64,000 bases of DNA, taken from Octopus sinensis (taxonomy: Eukaryota). Both the position numbers and the translations under genes were made by a program. The stretch lies in contig NC_042997.1 in the NCBI RefSeq assembly GCF_006345805.1, positions 193,750,001 to 193,814,000 of the forward strand. The letters are read 5' to 3'. Positions 1 through 11,520 of the stretch are shown in pieces (within the stretch, counting starts at the first letter, position 1; each line of letters starts with the position of its first letter). Under the pieces are notes generated by a model. The model made no database searches. It was not told the DNA's origin and saw nothing but the letters and a program-made list of their open reading frames with translations.

Positions 1-238
1 GCTGTTGTCTTAACGCTAAAAATGCGAAACCTTTATACATACATACATACATACATACATAGAAAGACAGAGACGCAAAACGCGCACACTAATATTTCTC
101 TCCCTCCCACTCTCTTGCTCTCTCCCTCTTTCAATCTATCTATCTCTTTCTGCATACACAAGCAGACGCACGCATGTCTGCATACTGAGGTACGTATATA
201 TATTATATAATATATATATATATATATATAATATAATA

Positions 239-446
239 TCTATTATGTAAAATCGTTCTATCTGTGTGTGTGTCTTCTCGGATTTCGGGCGTCCTCCATC
301 CGATTGCGCTCAAATTTAATATGTAGATACCGACGGTATCAGGGTATGTAAAAGTCTTGAAAAGATTACAAAAATCGATCCAGGTGACAATGCGATCGAT
401 AAAGCATTTGTACGCACAAGTACGTGATAGAGCCATTTTAGCGCCA
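239..446 (+). mobile_element. Non-autonomous Helitron-like element, 5' part, cut by the gap
   Basis: Starts A|TCTATTATGTAAAA followed by a short (TG)n and a CCGATTGCGCTCAAATTT core, the layout typical of Helitron-derived short elements; the 3' end is lost in the N gap. Confidence 0.45.
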
Positions 447-546
447 NNNNNNNNNNNNNNNNNNNNNNNNNNNNNNNNNNNNNNNNNNNNNNNNNNNNNN
501 NNNNNNNNNNNNNNNNNNNNNNNNNNNNNNNNNNNNNNNNNNNNNN
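447..546. other. Assembly gap (100 N)
   Basis: Run of exactly 100 N, probably a scaffolding placeholder of unknown true size. Confidence 0.98.
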
Positions 547-895
547 GTATGTGTGCGCGCGCGCGCGTGTGTGTGTGTGTGTGTGTGTGTGTGAGGACTT
601 TTACAAACAGCTTTATCGGCTTTTATTTTGTTATGGTGTTGCTTTTATATTCTGTGTCCTGCGGATCCTCAGCCGAAACGAAGTAGCATTACGATCTTCT
701 GGATACAGCAAGCCTTCAGTCACTCCCTGCCATCTTAAACAAAGCAATCGTCACGGTTGGAACACCTCACATGATAGGTTTGCTCGTTCGGAATTGGTTT
801 ACGATGAAACACTAATACAGAGTTTTGTTTTGCTGTAGTCCCTTGCTCACAAACTTCTCTTTTATAATAACACACACACGAGCACACACACACAA

Positions 896-943
<48 letters not shown>

Positions 944-1336
944 ACACACACATACACACACACACACATTATTTGCAAACAATTGACAGGTGCAAGCACT
1001 ACCAACTGAAAACACCGCATACCAGACACTAGCGGGCTTATGGAATCATTCAGGAGAGAATGCGCACCATTTTGAGGCCTTCCTGATACCGGCTCCACTC
1101 ACTGAGATGTGGTCCTGCTTGCTAGATCAATTGATTTCTATATGTGTATGGAACCCATCCACGGATTTAGTATATAGAATTGTGATGAACCATAACTTTG
1201 GACCCTGCCATAGGAATACTTGGAATTCTTCTCTAATCTGTGCCAACATATACCTTATGAAGTATTTTACCTGGATTGGTAATACCTCACTACTATCTCT
1301 CTCTCTCTCTCTCTCTCACTCTTTATCTATATATAT

Positions 1337-1375
<39 letters not shown>

Positions 1376-1447
1376 TGGATTATAAATATATATGTGTGTG
1401 CGCGTGTGTGTGCCTGCATGTATGTGTGTGTGTATTTTCCTATATGT

Positions 1448-1689
1448 AGGTAGTGTTTATCGACACTTTAAACTGGGTGTTCTCTAAGAGACAACGACAC
1501 TGTTATACCTGACAAACAAGTGCCCACCACTGACAAGATCCAATAAGATCGAAATCACGAAGCTAGGGTGATAGGAGTTATCTCCCGCACTGAATAAACC
1601 AGCTGAAGTAGATGTCTTCCTGAGGTTAAAATAGCAGTACTGTCGTCTCTTAGAAAGTACCCATGTTAAAGTGGCGATAAACACTACCT
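1448..1689. mobile_element. MITE-like element with ~50-bp imperfect terminal inverted repeats
   Basis: AGGTAGTGTTTATCGACACTTTAAACTGGGTG..CTAAGAGAC at the left; reverse complement GTCTCTTAG..TACCCATGTTAAAGTGGCGATAAACACTACCT at the right; no coding capacity and no clear TSD. Confidence 0.6.
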
Positions 1690-2027
1690 TTTTTGGTTCA
1701 AATACTGCTCCTATCTCGAACAGAGATTTTCTAACGGACTATATATCGTTAGTTTAGACAAAAGTAGGAGTACTCGGTATAAATCATAGTTTAGAAGTTT
1801 AAAATATAACAAAACAAACAAGCTAACAGGTTTACTGCTCATAGACAGATTCAGAGTTTATTAGTGAAAATACGGTGTTTCACAAACTCATAGCAGCTTT
1901 GCTGAGTGGGTAAATGTAATTGAGGAAAATCTCATGTTCTTATCACGAAACTTAGAGACTGCCAAGAAGTAGTTTGTCATTTTGTATTTTTTTTGCACAC
2001 ACACACGTACACACATGCGAACGTGTA

Positions 2028-2074
<47 letters not shown>

Positions 2075-2669
2075 CAGAAAAACAAAATCAATACAAAATA
2101 GAGTCAGTGAAGAAGCTCGTGCGTGATCGCTCGACCTTTTAGAAATAGCAGCCAAATCTCCCTCAGGTGACACGCAAGCGCCTTAGAGAAAAGAAACGCA
2201 TTTCGGATAATACAGTCCGCGGTACATAATTCATGATGGGCAAAAGTGGAATTTTTTAGATTATATTTCTCGATCAAGGTCGACATGGAGCTGAACAATA
2301 ATAAAAAATATCAAAAACTGTAAATAGATAAAAAATGCTTAAAAAAGAGAAAAAGACGGTGTGGGAGAAGTAAGAGATCCTGAAACAGCCTGGTTTATAG
2401 TTACCATATTTTCTAATATTTAGTGTCTTGTGTTCCAGCTGCTGTCATTCTTCTTCTTGACTTGCTGCTATAATTAGCAGTACCAGCGTTTCACTGATCC
2501 AAACGATAAGCTAAGATCCCCGAAGACAAGATTCCAAGAAACATGAAATACATTACCATTCTTCAAGACTAACGTGTTATATCATCATCGTATTAGTATT
2601 ATTATTATCGTTTCTGTTTTTCTTTTCCTTTTCTGTTTTGGTTATCAAATCAGTTTATGCCAGTCTTGC

Positions 2670-2678
2670 ATTTCCAGC

Positions 2679-2727
<49 letters not shown>

Positions 2728-2793
2728 CCAGCACCATCATCATTATCATCATCATAAACATCATCTTCATCGTCATCGTCATCATCTTCATCG

Positions 2794-2826
<33 letters not shown>

Positions 2827-2869
2827 ATCATCATCATCATCATCAATTATTTCTTCTTCTTCTTCTTCT

Positions 2870-2900
<31 letters not shown>
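2670..2900. repeat. (CAT)n/(CTT)n compound microsatellite
   Basis: Direct reading; explains the poly-H, -D, -M and -I ORFs. Confidence 0.95.
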
Positions 2901-3144
2901 TTTCTTCCGTTTTTTTTCATTTTCTTCATTTTCTCCTCTCTGTCCACTATTACCTTCCATTTTTCTCCTTCATTCCTTGTTTCTTTTAGGTCATGAGTGT
3001 GTGTGTGTGTGTGGGTGTGTTTGCATGTGTGCCTGTATGTTTTTGTGCATGGTAAAAAAAAGTTTGATAAAGAAAAAACTGCTTACCGCCCACCCCATCT
3101 GCCAATCACCAAATGCTCTGTTGCAAATGAATAAGCAAACCATG

Positions 3145-3173
3145 TAATAATAACAATAATAACAATAATAATA

Positions 3174-3206
<33 letters not shown>

Positions 3207-3247
3207 GTGGGGGGTAGTAGTTGTAGTAGTAGTAGTAGTAGTAGAAG

Positions 3248-3306
<59 letters not shown>

Positions 3307-3310
3307 ATAT

Positions 3311-3343
<33 letters not shown>

Positions 3344-3355
3344 TAGTAGAAATAA
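3145..3355. repeat. (AAT)(GAT)(TAG)(AAG) compound trinucleotide microsatellite
   Basis: Direct reading. Confidence 0.95.
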
Positions 3356-3462
3356 TTAAGAAGAACGGATGAGACCATGCATTATATGTATACGCGTGCG
3401 TATAAGCATGTTTTTAAATGAGGCTGCCTGCGTGTGTGTGTATATATGGGGATATGTGTGTG

Positions 3463-3501
<39 letters not shown>

Positions 3502-3654
3502 AAGGTGTTAGTATGTATGATTCAGAAGGGGGGAAACTCTAAAGCCTACTTTCTTTCCCACGAAAAAAAGGCTTTTAGGAATGACTCAGACCCGAGGTTG
3601 TAGCATTAAATGTGTTTCTGGAAATTCTACATTTTTTCCCTTCATTTTATTATT

Positions 3655-4153
3655 ATGTATATATGCATGTATTTGTGTGTGTATGCATGTATGTATGTGT
3701 ATTTGTATGTATGTGTGTGTATGCATGCATGTATGTGTGTGTATGCATGCATGTATGTATGTATGTATGTATGTATGATGTATGTATGTATGTATGTATG
3801 TATGTATGTGTATGTATGTATGTGTGTGTATGTATGTATGTAGTATGTGTATTTGTATGTATGTGTGTGTATGCATGCATGTATGTGTGTGTATGCATGC
3901 ATGTATGTATGTATGTATGTATGATGTATGTATGTATGTATGTATGTATGTATGTATGTATGTATGTATGTATGTGTGTGTATGTATGTATGTATGTATG
4001 TATGTATGTATGTATGTATGTGTGTGTGTATGAGTGTGTATGTTTGTATTTATGCACGCATGTATGTTTGTGTGTATGTTTGTATACAGGTATCTATGCC
4101 TGTCTACATGTGCATGTATGCGGGTATGTATGTGTGTATGTGTGTAATATGCG

Positions 4154-4194
<41 letters not shown>

Positions 4195-4326
4195 ATATGA
4201 ATATATACATGCATATTACAGACACACACATACATATACATATTTATATATATAACATATAATATATATATATATATATATATGTATGTATATATATATA
4301 TGTAGGTATGTATGTATGTATGTATG

Positions 4327-4374
<48 letters not shown>

Positions 4375-4545
4375 CATATATATACACATACATATATAAT
4401 GTGTGTGTCAAGAAAAATCTTAAAATACATATTTAGAAAACACATGCACACAGACAAACGTGCGTACAGATATACACATACTTGTACACGCACACATACA
4501 CACATGCACACACACACGCACACACACACACACACAGCAGGCACA
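3655..4545. repeat. (TATG)n/(TA)n/(CA)n microsatellite field with an internally duplicated block
   Basis: Direct reading; a ~170-bp block (..TATTTGTATGTATGTGTGTGTATGCATGCATG..) recurs near 3700 and 3850. Confidence 0.95.
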
Positions 4546-4974
4546 TACACACACTAGTTGCAGTATCAATAGCGTTAGTAGCCCCAAGTCCACATCGTTC
4601 GTCTCTGCTATAGCGACCATCAGGATTTCATAAGACTGTAGTGAAAGTCTGTTTACTAACTACATTATTATATCTCATACAGTAAATACACATCCAGTCT
4701 GTAGCGCTGTTACGCTTGTGTCATACAGGTAACCACTGCATATGTCGATGCGAGAGTGCGCCTCATGTCAGTTCTGATCAGTTCTGATCAAGCTGACTTA
4801 TAAGGCGTTTTCACAGTAACCGTCTTTTATCTTTTAGCTTTAACTTGCTTCAGTCATTAGACTACGGCCATGCTGGGGCACCGCCTTGAAGAATTTTTGT
4901 TCGAAGGAATTGACCCTAGTGCTTTTTATTTATTTATTTATTTATTATTATTATTATTATTATTGTTGTTGTTG

Positions 4975-5006
<32 letters not shown>

Positions 5007-5215
5007 GCGTTTTTAAGCCTGGTACTTATTTTATCGATTTCTGTACTGAACTGCTAATTTAAGGGGACGTAAGCACACCAACAGTGGTTATCAAGCGGTG
5101 GTGGGGAACCAACGCGCACATACTCACATACATACGACGGGCTTCTTTCAGTTTCCGTCTAACAAACCCACTCACAAGGCTTTGGTCAGTTCGAGGCTAT
5201 AGCAGAAGACTCCTT

Positions 5216-5424
5216 AAGGTGGCGAGCTGGCAGAAACGTTAGCACGCCGGACGAAATGCTTAGCAGTATTTCGTCTGCCGTTACGTTCTGAGTTCAAATT
5301 CCGCCGAGGTCGACTTTGCCTTTCATCCTTTCGAGGTCGATACATTAAGTGCCAGTTGCGTACTGGGATCTATCTAATGGACTGCCCCCCTCCCCAAAAA
5401 ATTCGGGTCTTGTGCCTAGAGTAG
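5216..5424 (+). mobile_element. SINE A (tRNA-derived), alternative-tail subfamily
   Basis: GGCGAGCTGGCAGAAACGTTAG head (A box), GAGTTCAAATTCC (B box), tail ..CCCCAAAAAATTCGGGTCTTGTGCCTAGAGTAG. Confidence 0.85.
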
Positions 5425-5439
5425 TTGGGAAGCAAGCTT

Positions 5440-5858
5440 CTTATTTCTTTTTTACCCACAAGGGGCTAAACACAGAGAAGACAAACAAGGACAGACAAAG
5501 GGATTAAGTCGATTATATCGACCCCAGTGCGTAACTGGTACTTATTTAATCGACCCCGAAAGGATGAAAAGCAAAGTCGACCTCGGCGGAATTTGAACTC
5601 ACAACGTTACAGCAGATGAAATACCTATTTCTTTATTACCCACAAGGGGCTAAACACAGAGGGGACAAACAAGGACAGACATAGGTATTAAGTCGATTAC
5701 ATCGACCCCAGTGCGTAACTGGTACTTCATTTATCGACCCCGAAAGGATGAAAGGCAAAGTCGACCTCGGCGGAATTTGAACTCACAACGTTAGAGCAGA
5801 TGAAATACCGCTAAGCATTTCGCCCGGCGTGCTAACGTTTCTGCCAGCTCGCCGCCTT
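5440..5858 (-). mobile_element. SINE A dimer (one head, two body/tail units)
   Basis: A ~180-bp unit is repeated twice head-to-tail, with a single head at the right end. Confidence 0.88.
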
Positions 5859-7468
5859 ATCACACAGCCACTCCTGCCAACTTTTTAAAATTAGTATTTT
5901 ATACGCCAAGTATTAGTATAAGTACTGAGTACTGATTTTTAAAGATACTAATACTGAGGAATTAGCTGTTATTTCCTAGAGGTTCCTTGTTAGTGTACAT
6001 TGAATCCCGATGAATGAAAACGTAAGCCAGTTGTTTAGACCCAATCCCAGAACAGTGACGTTGAAAACCTGTTTTAGTTTATAATACTAAACCGCTTGTT
6101 ATTTGCTTAAATATATTTCAACCCGGAACATGGAGCAACTCATACAACTGGTTTTAAACAACATCTATATTTCTATTTCTCTTGTTTTGTTACATTTTAC
6201 CATTTTACTGCTTGAATATCTACGCTGTTTACATGAAAATTTGTTTATACCAACTATGATATTTTTTTTTTTTTTTTTTTTTTTGCAAACCAGACTATAT
6301 ACATTTTGTTTTTCACATTTTTCTCTCACGTTGTTATGAGAAAAAATATACAGAATTAAAATCTAACCAATCAGTTATTACTGCTGTTACTTTTCCAGCT
6401 ATTCCTGATACATACTAATGGCCAAATTTCTGGACACTTTCACATATATTTGTTGTTTATTGGCGTTATGCCGTTTTCTCGCTTATAATTATTTTTTGGA
6501 GTTGTGTTCTAATGTTTATCGTTCTGTTCCTTATGCTGCTTCAAATTAATGTCTTGCTTATACTAAAACAGATAATTAGTAAATTAAGAGTATTTAAAAC
6601 TCTGTTATGTGGGCGTAAAAAGATAATTGCTTACTTTACATTCGGTAATCGGTTAGCATTAAACAAAATCACACCGCTTACGGCAGCCAATCACTTGTGA
6701 AACAAAATCACATCATTTTTGACAGCCAATCAATATTAAGGTACAGTCACATCGCTTTCGGCAGCCATTTATTGAAACACAGTCGCTTTATTTCTAAACG
6801 GAACTGAAACTGGTGGCATTTATATTCATTTGTAGTAAAGATCCCTTACGTTAACAAAAGATAGGATTCTGTCTATGTGAAGGGCGTAAGGGTAGAACTT
6901 TCAAGAATAGCCAAAATTTGGGAGAATAGGTGCTATAGAACCCAGAGCATGGGAGGTTTGTCAAATATTTTCAAGAATGTGATACAGGGAAAACTATTTC
7001 AAGAACAGAAAGATAAACAAAGCAAGTAGGAAACGTTGTATAATTAGATTAACTCAAAGTAATTGTCAAGCGACTTCAAAAGAAATATACCAAACGTAAG
7101 TAGCTAGAAGGTTCAGTTATAGCGACAGAGCTGCAAAACACAGGCTTTTTGACGGAGAGTCTTGCATATTTTTACTCTTCCACTCACAGATTGGACTTGT
7201 AATGTACGAATCAGCCGGTCATTTTCTATGTATGTATGTATGCATGCATGCATGCGTGTGTATACAGCTGTATGTGCGATTGTGTAAACTGTTTGGTCCT
7301 TTTAAACAGAAAAGACAAATTAACCGTTCAACAGAGATCGATGCAGCAACTATCTGACTGAAATATGTATTGGAGTCGATACGATTGACTAAAGCTCTTG
7401 AAGGCGATGCTCCAGCATGGCTGAAGTTGAATGACTGAAACCAGGAAATGAATTTAAAAAATAAATAA

Positions 7469-7690
7469 TGTTGTGTCTGGGGAGAGTCATTTTCTTTTTG
7501 TGCCTTGGTTGCAAGACGCAACGAAAATTTTAGGAAAATAAGAATAAGAAATAAGTGGAAATTTTACCAGTGAGTGTGTTACATTATAAGGCACAAAAAG
7601 AAAATGACTCTCCCCAGACATAGCAGAATATGCTTCAATGCACGAACTCACATAAAGAATCTTGCAAACCAAATCCTAAAACGAAATAAA
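7469..7690. mobile_element. Short retroposon with inverted segment, copy 1
   Basis: 7469-7506 is the reverse complement of 7588-7625; flanked by a 13-bp duplication AAATAAATAATGT (7459-7471, 7684-7696); homologous to 23214-23397 and 51598-51780. Confidence 0.75.
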
Positions 7691-8127
7691 TAATGTACTA
7701 TCAATAAAATTAAGACAGTTCAGTCATCGAGGTAGATATTTCTTTCTTCAACAAAATACTTGAGTAAAGGAATAGAAATAAACTAGCAAACATTTAGCGA
7801 ATGATTAAATTACCTGAGAAGTGTTGCTGTTAATAAGATTACGAAATGTTAATGAGATGAAGCTGTTATTAATATTTCGAAACATCAGCTTCACGTTGAG
7901 AGATTAACGATTTTTTCTTAATTACATCTACACCACATATCAAGCAGTTTTAATTCTAGATATGAATACCGAACTAAACTATTCGGATTTGGTTTCGAAG
8001 TAGAAATCTTTATGTTTGAAGCTTAATAATGTTCTTATCCACTCGGTTCCTGATAATTGTGTACAACTCTTGTCATAGTTTTAAACTGATGGCAACATTA
8101 GAATTATTGATTGTTTATAACGACAGA

Positions 8128-8359
8128 AGGCGACAAGCTGGCAGAACCGTTAGCACGCCGGGCGAAATGCGTAGCCGTATTTCGTCTGCCGTTACGTTCT
8201 GAGTTCAAATTCCGCCGAGGTCTACTTTGCCTTTCATCCTTTCGGGGTCGATAAATTAAATACCATTTATGCACTGGAGTCAATGTAATTGACTTAATCC
8301 GTTTGTCTGTCCTTGTTTGTCCCCTCTGTGTTTAGCCTCTAGTGAGTAGTAAAGAAATA
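8128..8359 (+). mobile_element. SINE A full length
   Basis: Head, B box and TTTGTCCCCTCTGTGTTTAGCC..TAAAGAAATA tail; TSD TATAACGACAGA. Confidence 0.9.
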
Positions 8360-8373
8360 TATAACGACAGATT

Positions 8374-8637
8374 GTGGAGGCGCGTGGCTTAGTGGTTAGG
8401 GTGTCAGCATCATGATCGTAAGATTGTGGTTTCGATTCCTGGACCGGGCGACGCGTTGTATTCTTGAGCAAAACACTTCATTTCCCGTTGCTCCAGTCCA
8501 CTCAGCTGGCAAAAAATGAGTAACGCTGCGATGGACTGGCGTCCTGTCCAGCTGGGGAACACATACGCCATTGAAACCACGAAACCGGGCCCATGAGCCT
8601 GGCTAGGTTTTAAAAGGGCGCATTTATTATTTTATTT
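8374..8637 (+). mobile_element. SINE C (tRNA head + CORE-like domain)
   Basis: GGCGCGTGGCTTAGTGGTTAG A box, GTTTCGATTCC B box, TTGAGCAAAACACTT..GCTCCAGTCCACTCAGCTG CORE-like segment, (TTTA)n tail; TSD TATAACGACAGATT. Confidence 0.88.
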
Positions 8638-9579
8638 ATAACGACAGATTAGATTAAAGCAATGGATAGGCAGAATCGGTGGAGCATCGTATAGAAATAT
8701 CTTGTAGTGTTTTACTCTGGCTCTTTACTACAATTTGACTTCACAGATCTTACCGAGATCGACGTACTTTTCGTCCATCCGGGACGCTAAAATAAAGGAT
8801 CATTCATGTACTGGATTCGATATGATCGACTTATCTCTCTACTTCCACCACAAAATTTCAGGCTTTGTGTTTCTATTAGAAATTCCCTATTACTGTCTGG
8901 ATTAATTCATACTTTTACAAGTTTTTTTAAGTCTTTGGTGCGTTATGTTGATTTTTCATTTCACACACGTATACTTTGCAAAGTAATTGCGTGAGAAAAC
9001 TCTGTATTCAGCACTAAAGTAGATCAGTAGCTATAAATAACAAGTTCTTGGAACGCTGCCCTTCGAATCATGTGTTTTTGTTGGTAGCGCAAATTTCATA
9101 TTCATTTGGTGCCGGCCAGTCACCTCTTGTAATTCTCATCAGCTACGATTTGTCCTATGAACTACAACCAACGATTTAAAGGTTAGACTTACAATTACAT
9201 ATGACACTATGAACTTTGTCGAGCAGAGTAGTTCTTTTGAATTTCTTATTGAAATTAGGAAATAACTGGGTCTTTTCTTCTTTTCTGTCTTTTTCATAGT
9301 TATTGCTAAGAATGTTGTTGATCTTCGAAATTCTTTCCAACTGGAATCGGCTGCAACATTTTTTTTTGTTTTTTTTTCCTAATTCAACACGAAAACATTA
9401 TAATAAGAAATACCAAGTAAATACTAATATTTGTCTTAAATTTTGGCTCAAGGCCAGCAATTTGCGACGGAATGTGTTAGTCGATTACATTTGCCCTCTG
9501 TACTAGACTGGTACATTATTTTATCGACCCTGAAGATTTGAAAGATGACCTCGGTAAGATCTGAAGTCAGTATGTATAA

Positions 9580-10180
9580 CTGGCACACCGTCGGTTACGA
9601 TGACGAGGGTTCAAGTTGATCCGATCGACTGAACAGCCCGCTCTTGAAATTGATGTTCAGGTGTGGCTGTGTGGTAAGTATCTTGCTTACCATTCACATG
9701 GTTCTGGGTTCAGTCCCACTGCGTGGCACCTTGGGCATGTCTTCTACTTTAGCCTCGGGTCGACCAAAGCCTTGTGAGTGGATTTGGTTGACGGAAACTG
9801 AAAGAAGACCGTCGTATATATGCATATGTATATATGCATGTGTGTGTATATGCTTGTGTGTCTGTGTTTGTGCCCCCAACATCGCTTGACAACCGATGCT
9901 GGTGTGTTTACGTCCCCGTAACTTAGCGGTTCGGCGAAAGAGACCGATAGAATAAGTACTAGGCTTACAAAGAATAAGTTATGGGGTCAATTTGCTCGAC
10001 TAAAGGCGGTGCTCCAGCATGGCCACAGTCAAATGACTGAAACAAGTAAAAGAGAGTAAAAGAGAGGTGGCTGAGCACTCCACAGGCAATCGTAGCCTTA
10101 ACGTACTTCTCAAGGGGATTCAGCTTGACACAGAATGTGACGAAGCTGGCCCTTCGAAATACAGGTACAACTTCTTTTTG
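9580..10180 (-). mobile_element. SINE D 3' half interrupted by a full SINE B
   Basis: D sequence at 9580-9660 resumes at 10067-10180; homologous to 23812-24133. Confidence 0.75.
9660..10066 (+). mobile_element. SINE B full length (tRNA head, CORE-like domain, internal microsatellite, GAGTAAAA tail)
   Basis: GGCTGTGTGGTAAG head, GGTTCAGTCCC B box, CACCTTGGGCATGTCTTC CORE-like motif, GGCGGTGCTCCAGCATGGCC..GAAACAAGTAAAAGAG tail. Confidence 0.9.
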
Positions 10181-10297
10181 CCGAATACCCTAATAAAATA
10201 ATTCACGCACCTTCACAATGCAGAATGTATAGTGTGGCAACCAATAGCGCAAAGCATTTTCATACGAATCTGCCAGTTCGTCAATAATGCTACCAGC

Positions 10298-10684
10298 AAG
10301 GCAGCGAGCTACCAGAATTGTTAGCATGCCGGGCGAAATGCGTAACCGTATTTCGTCTGCCGTTACGTTCTGAGTTCAAATTCCGCCGAGGTCGACTTTA
10401 CCTTTCATCCTTTCAGGGTCGATAAATTAAGTACCAGTTACGCACTGGAGTCGAAGTAATCGACTTAATCCGTTTGTCTGTCCTTGTTTGTCCCATCTGT
10501 GTTTAACCCCTTGTGGATAGAAAAGAAATAGGGATTTTGTCTGTCTTTACGTTCTGAGTTCAAATTCCGCCGAGGTCGACTTTGCCTTCATCCTTTCGGG
10601 GTCGATGAATTAAGTACCAGTTACGCACTGAGGTCGATCTAATCGACTGGCCCCCGCCCCCAAAATTTCGGGCCTTGTGCTTAG
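10298..10684 (+). mobile_element. SINE A composite (standard unit followed by an alternative-tail unit)
   Basis: A second headless unit starts right after AAAGAAATAGG. Confidence 0.82.
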
Positions 10685-11141
10685 TTTGATAGTTTCCGTC
10701 TATCAAATCCACTCACAAAGCTTCAGTCAGCCCGAGGTTAAAGTAGAAGATAATTGCCCAAGGTGCAACGCAGTGGGATTGAACGAGGAACCATGTGGTT
10801 AGGAAATTGAGAAAAAAATTATAATCGCAGCAATAATGTAAGAATAAAAAACACAAACGTATCTTGTGGGGAGCCTTTTGATTAATATAATATTCCCAAT
10901 AATCTTCTTCGTAATAAAACTGATTTAACAACCAGAATGGGATTGTCTCTAGATATAATAAACATTAGCAATAACCGCTTTATGGAAATAACAAAATCTT
11001 CGGGAAAAATATATGTGGCAGAGAGGGGATTGCATAAGTTTAATTTAGAGAATTGTGCACTTGATATGTGAATATTTATAGGTTTGTTGATAACTTAATG
11101 AGAAATTCTAAAGAGTATTTTTTTTCGCCACTTCCTATATC

Positions 11142-11520
11142 ATTTACAGGATTGTAAAAACGGCGCTGTATAAAAAAAAAAAACCATTCGCACCGAAAGC
11201 ATATAGAAAGTTTGTTTACATATACAAAGGAAAAACACAAACTATCATTGTTCTTAAATTTGACAGGAAAAGGAAGACTGATTCACTGGTGTGAAGGTAA
11301 CACGCTTAGTCACGTTAACAAAGGAATGTGTTCGACTCCCACGCGGACGGAAATTCCTTTTTTTTCTTTCTGTCGAGGGCTTATATGCCTCTTTATTAGA
11401 CTATTTTCCTTAGTCATTGCACGGTGATCGCTTCAAGCTTATAAAAATACCAATATTATTATTTACAGGATTGTAAAAATGGCGCCGTATAAAAAAAAAC
11501 ATCCGCACCGAAACTATATA
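11142..11520 (+). repeat. Pair of ~60-bp direct repeats (11142-11205, 11461-11520)
   Basis: ATTTACAGGATTGTAAAAAYGGCGCYGTATAAAAAAAAA..CATYCGCACCGAAA..ATATA occurs twice. Confidence 0.85.
11280..11350 (+). pseudogene. Degenerate tRNA-like Pol III unit (possibly Val-CAC-like), followed by an oligo-T
   Basis: D-arm GTGT/ACAC pairs, TTCGACT T-loop with a GTG/CAC stem, T-run at ~11358-11365; acceptor stem and anticodon loop are decayed. Confidence 0.4.

Larger units (their letters stand above)
4820..5880 (-). mobile_element. Old SINE B copy interrupted by two SINE A insertions
   Basis: B tail at ~4820-4920, B body at ~5000-5210, B head remnants at 5425-5440 and 5860-5880. Confidence 0.7.

Noticed and set aside
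990-1385. 131-aa ORF or a Gypsy integrase fragment (YGTHPR in another frame)
   Set aside because: No recognisable domain, multiple stops in the alternative frame, and the ORF ends in a microsatellite.
8374-8450. SINE C, D and E heads as functional tRNA genes
   Set aside because: They continue into CORE-like bodies and tails with TSDs, and the acceptor stems are not intact.
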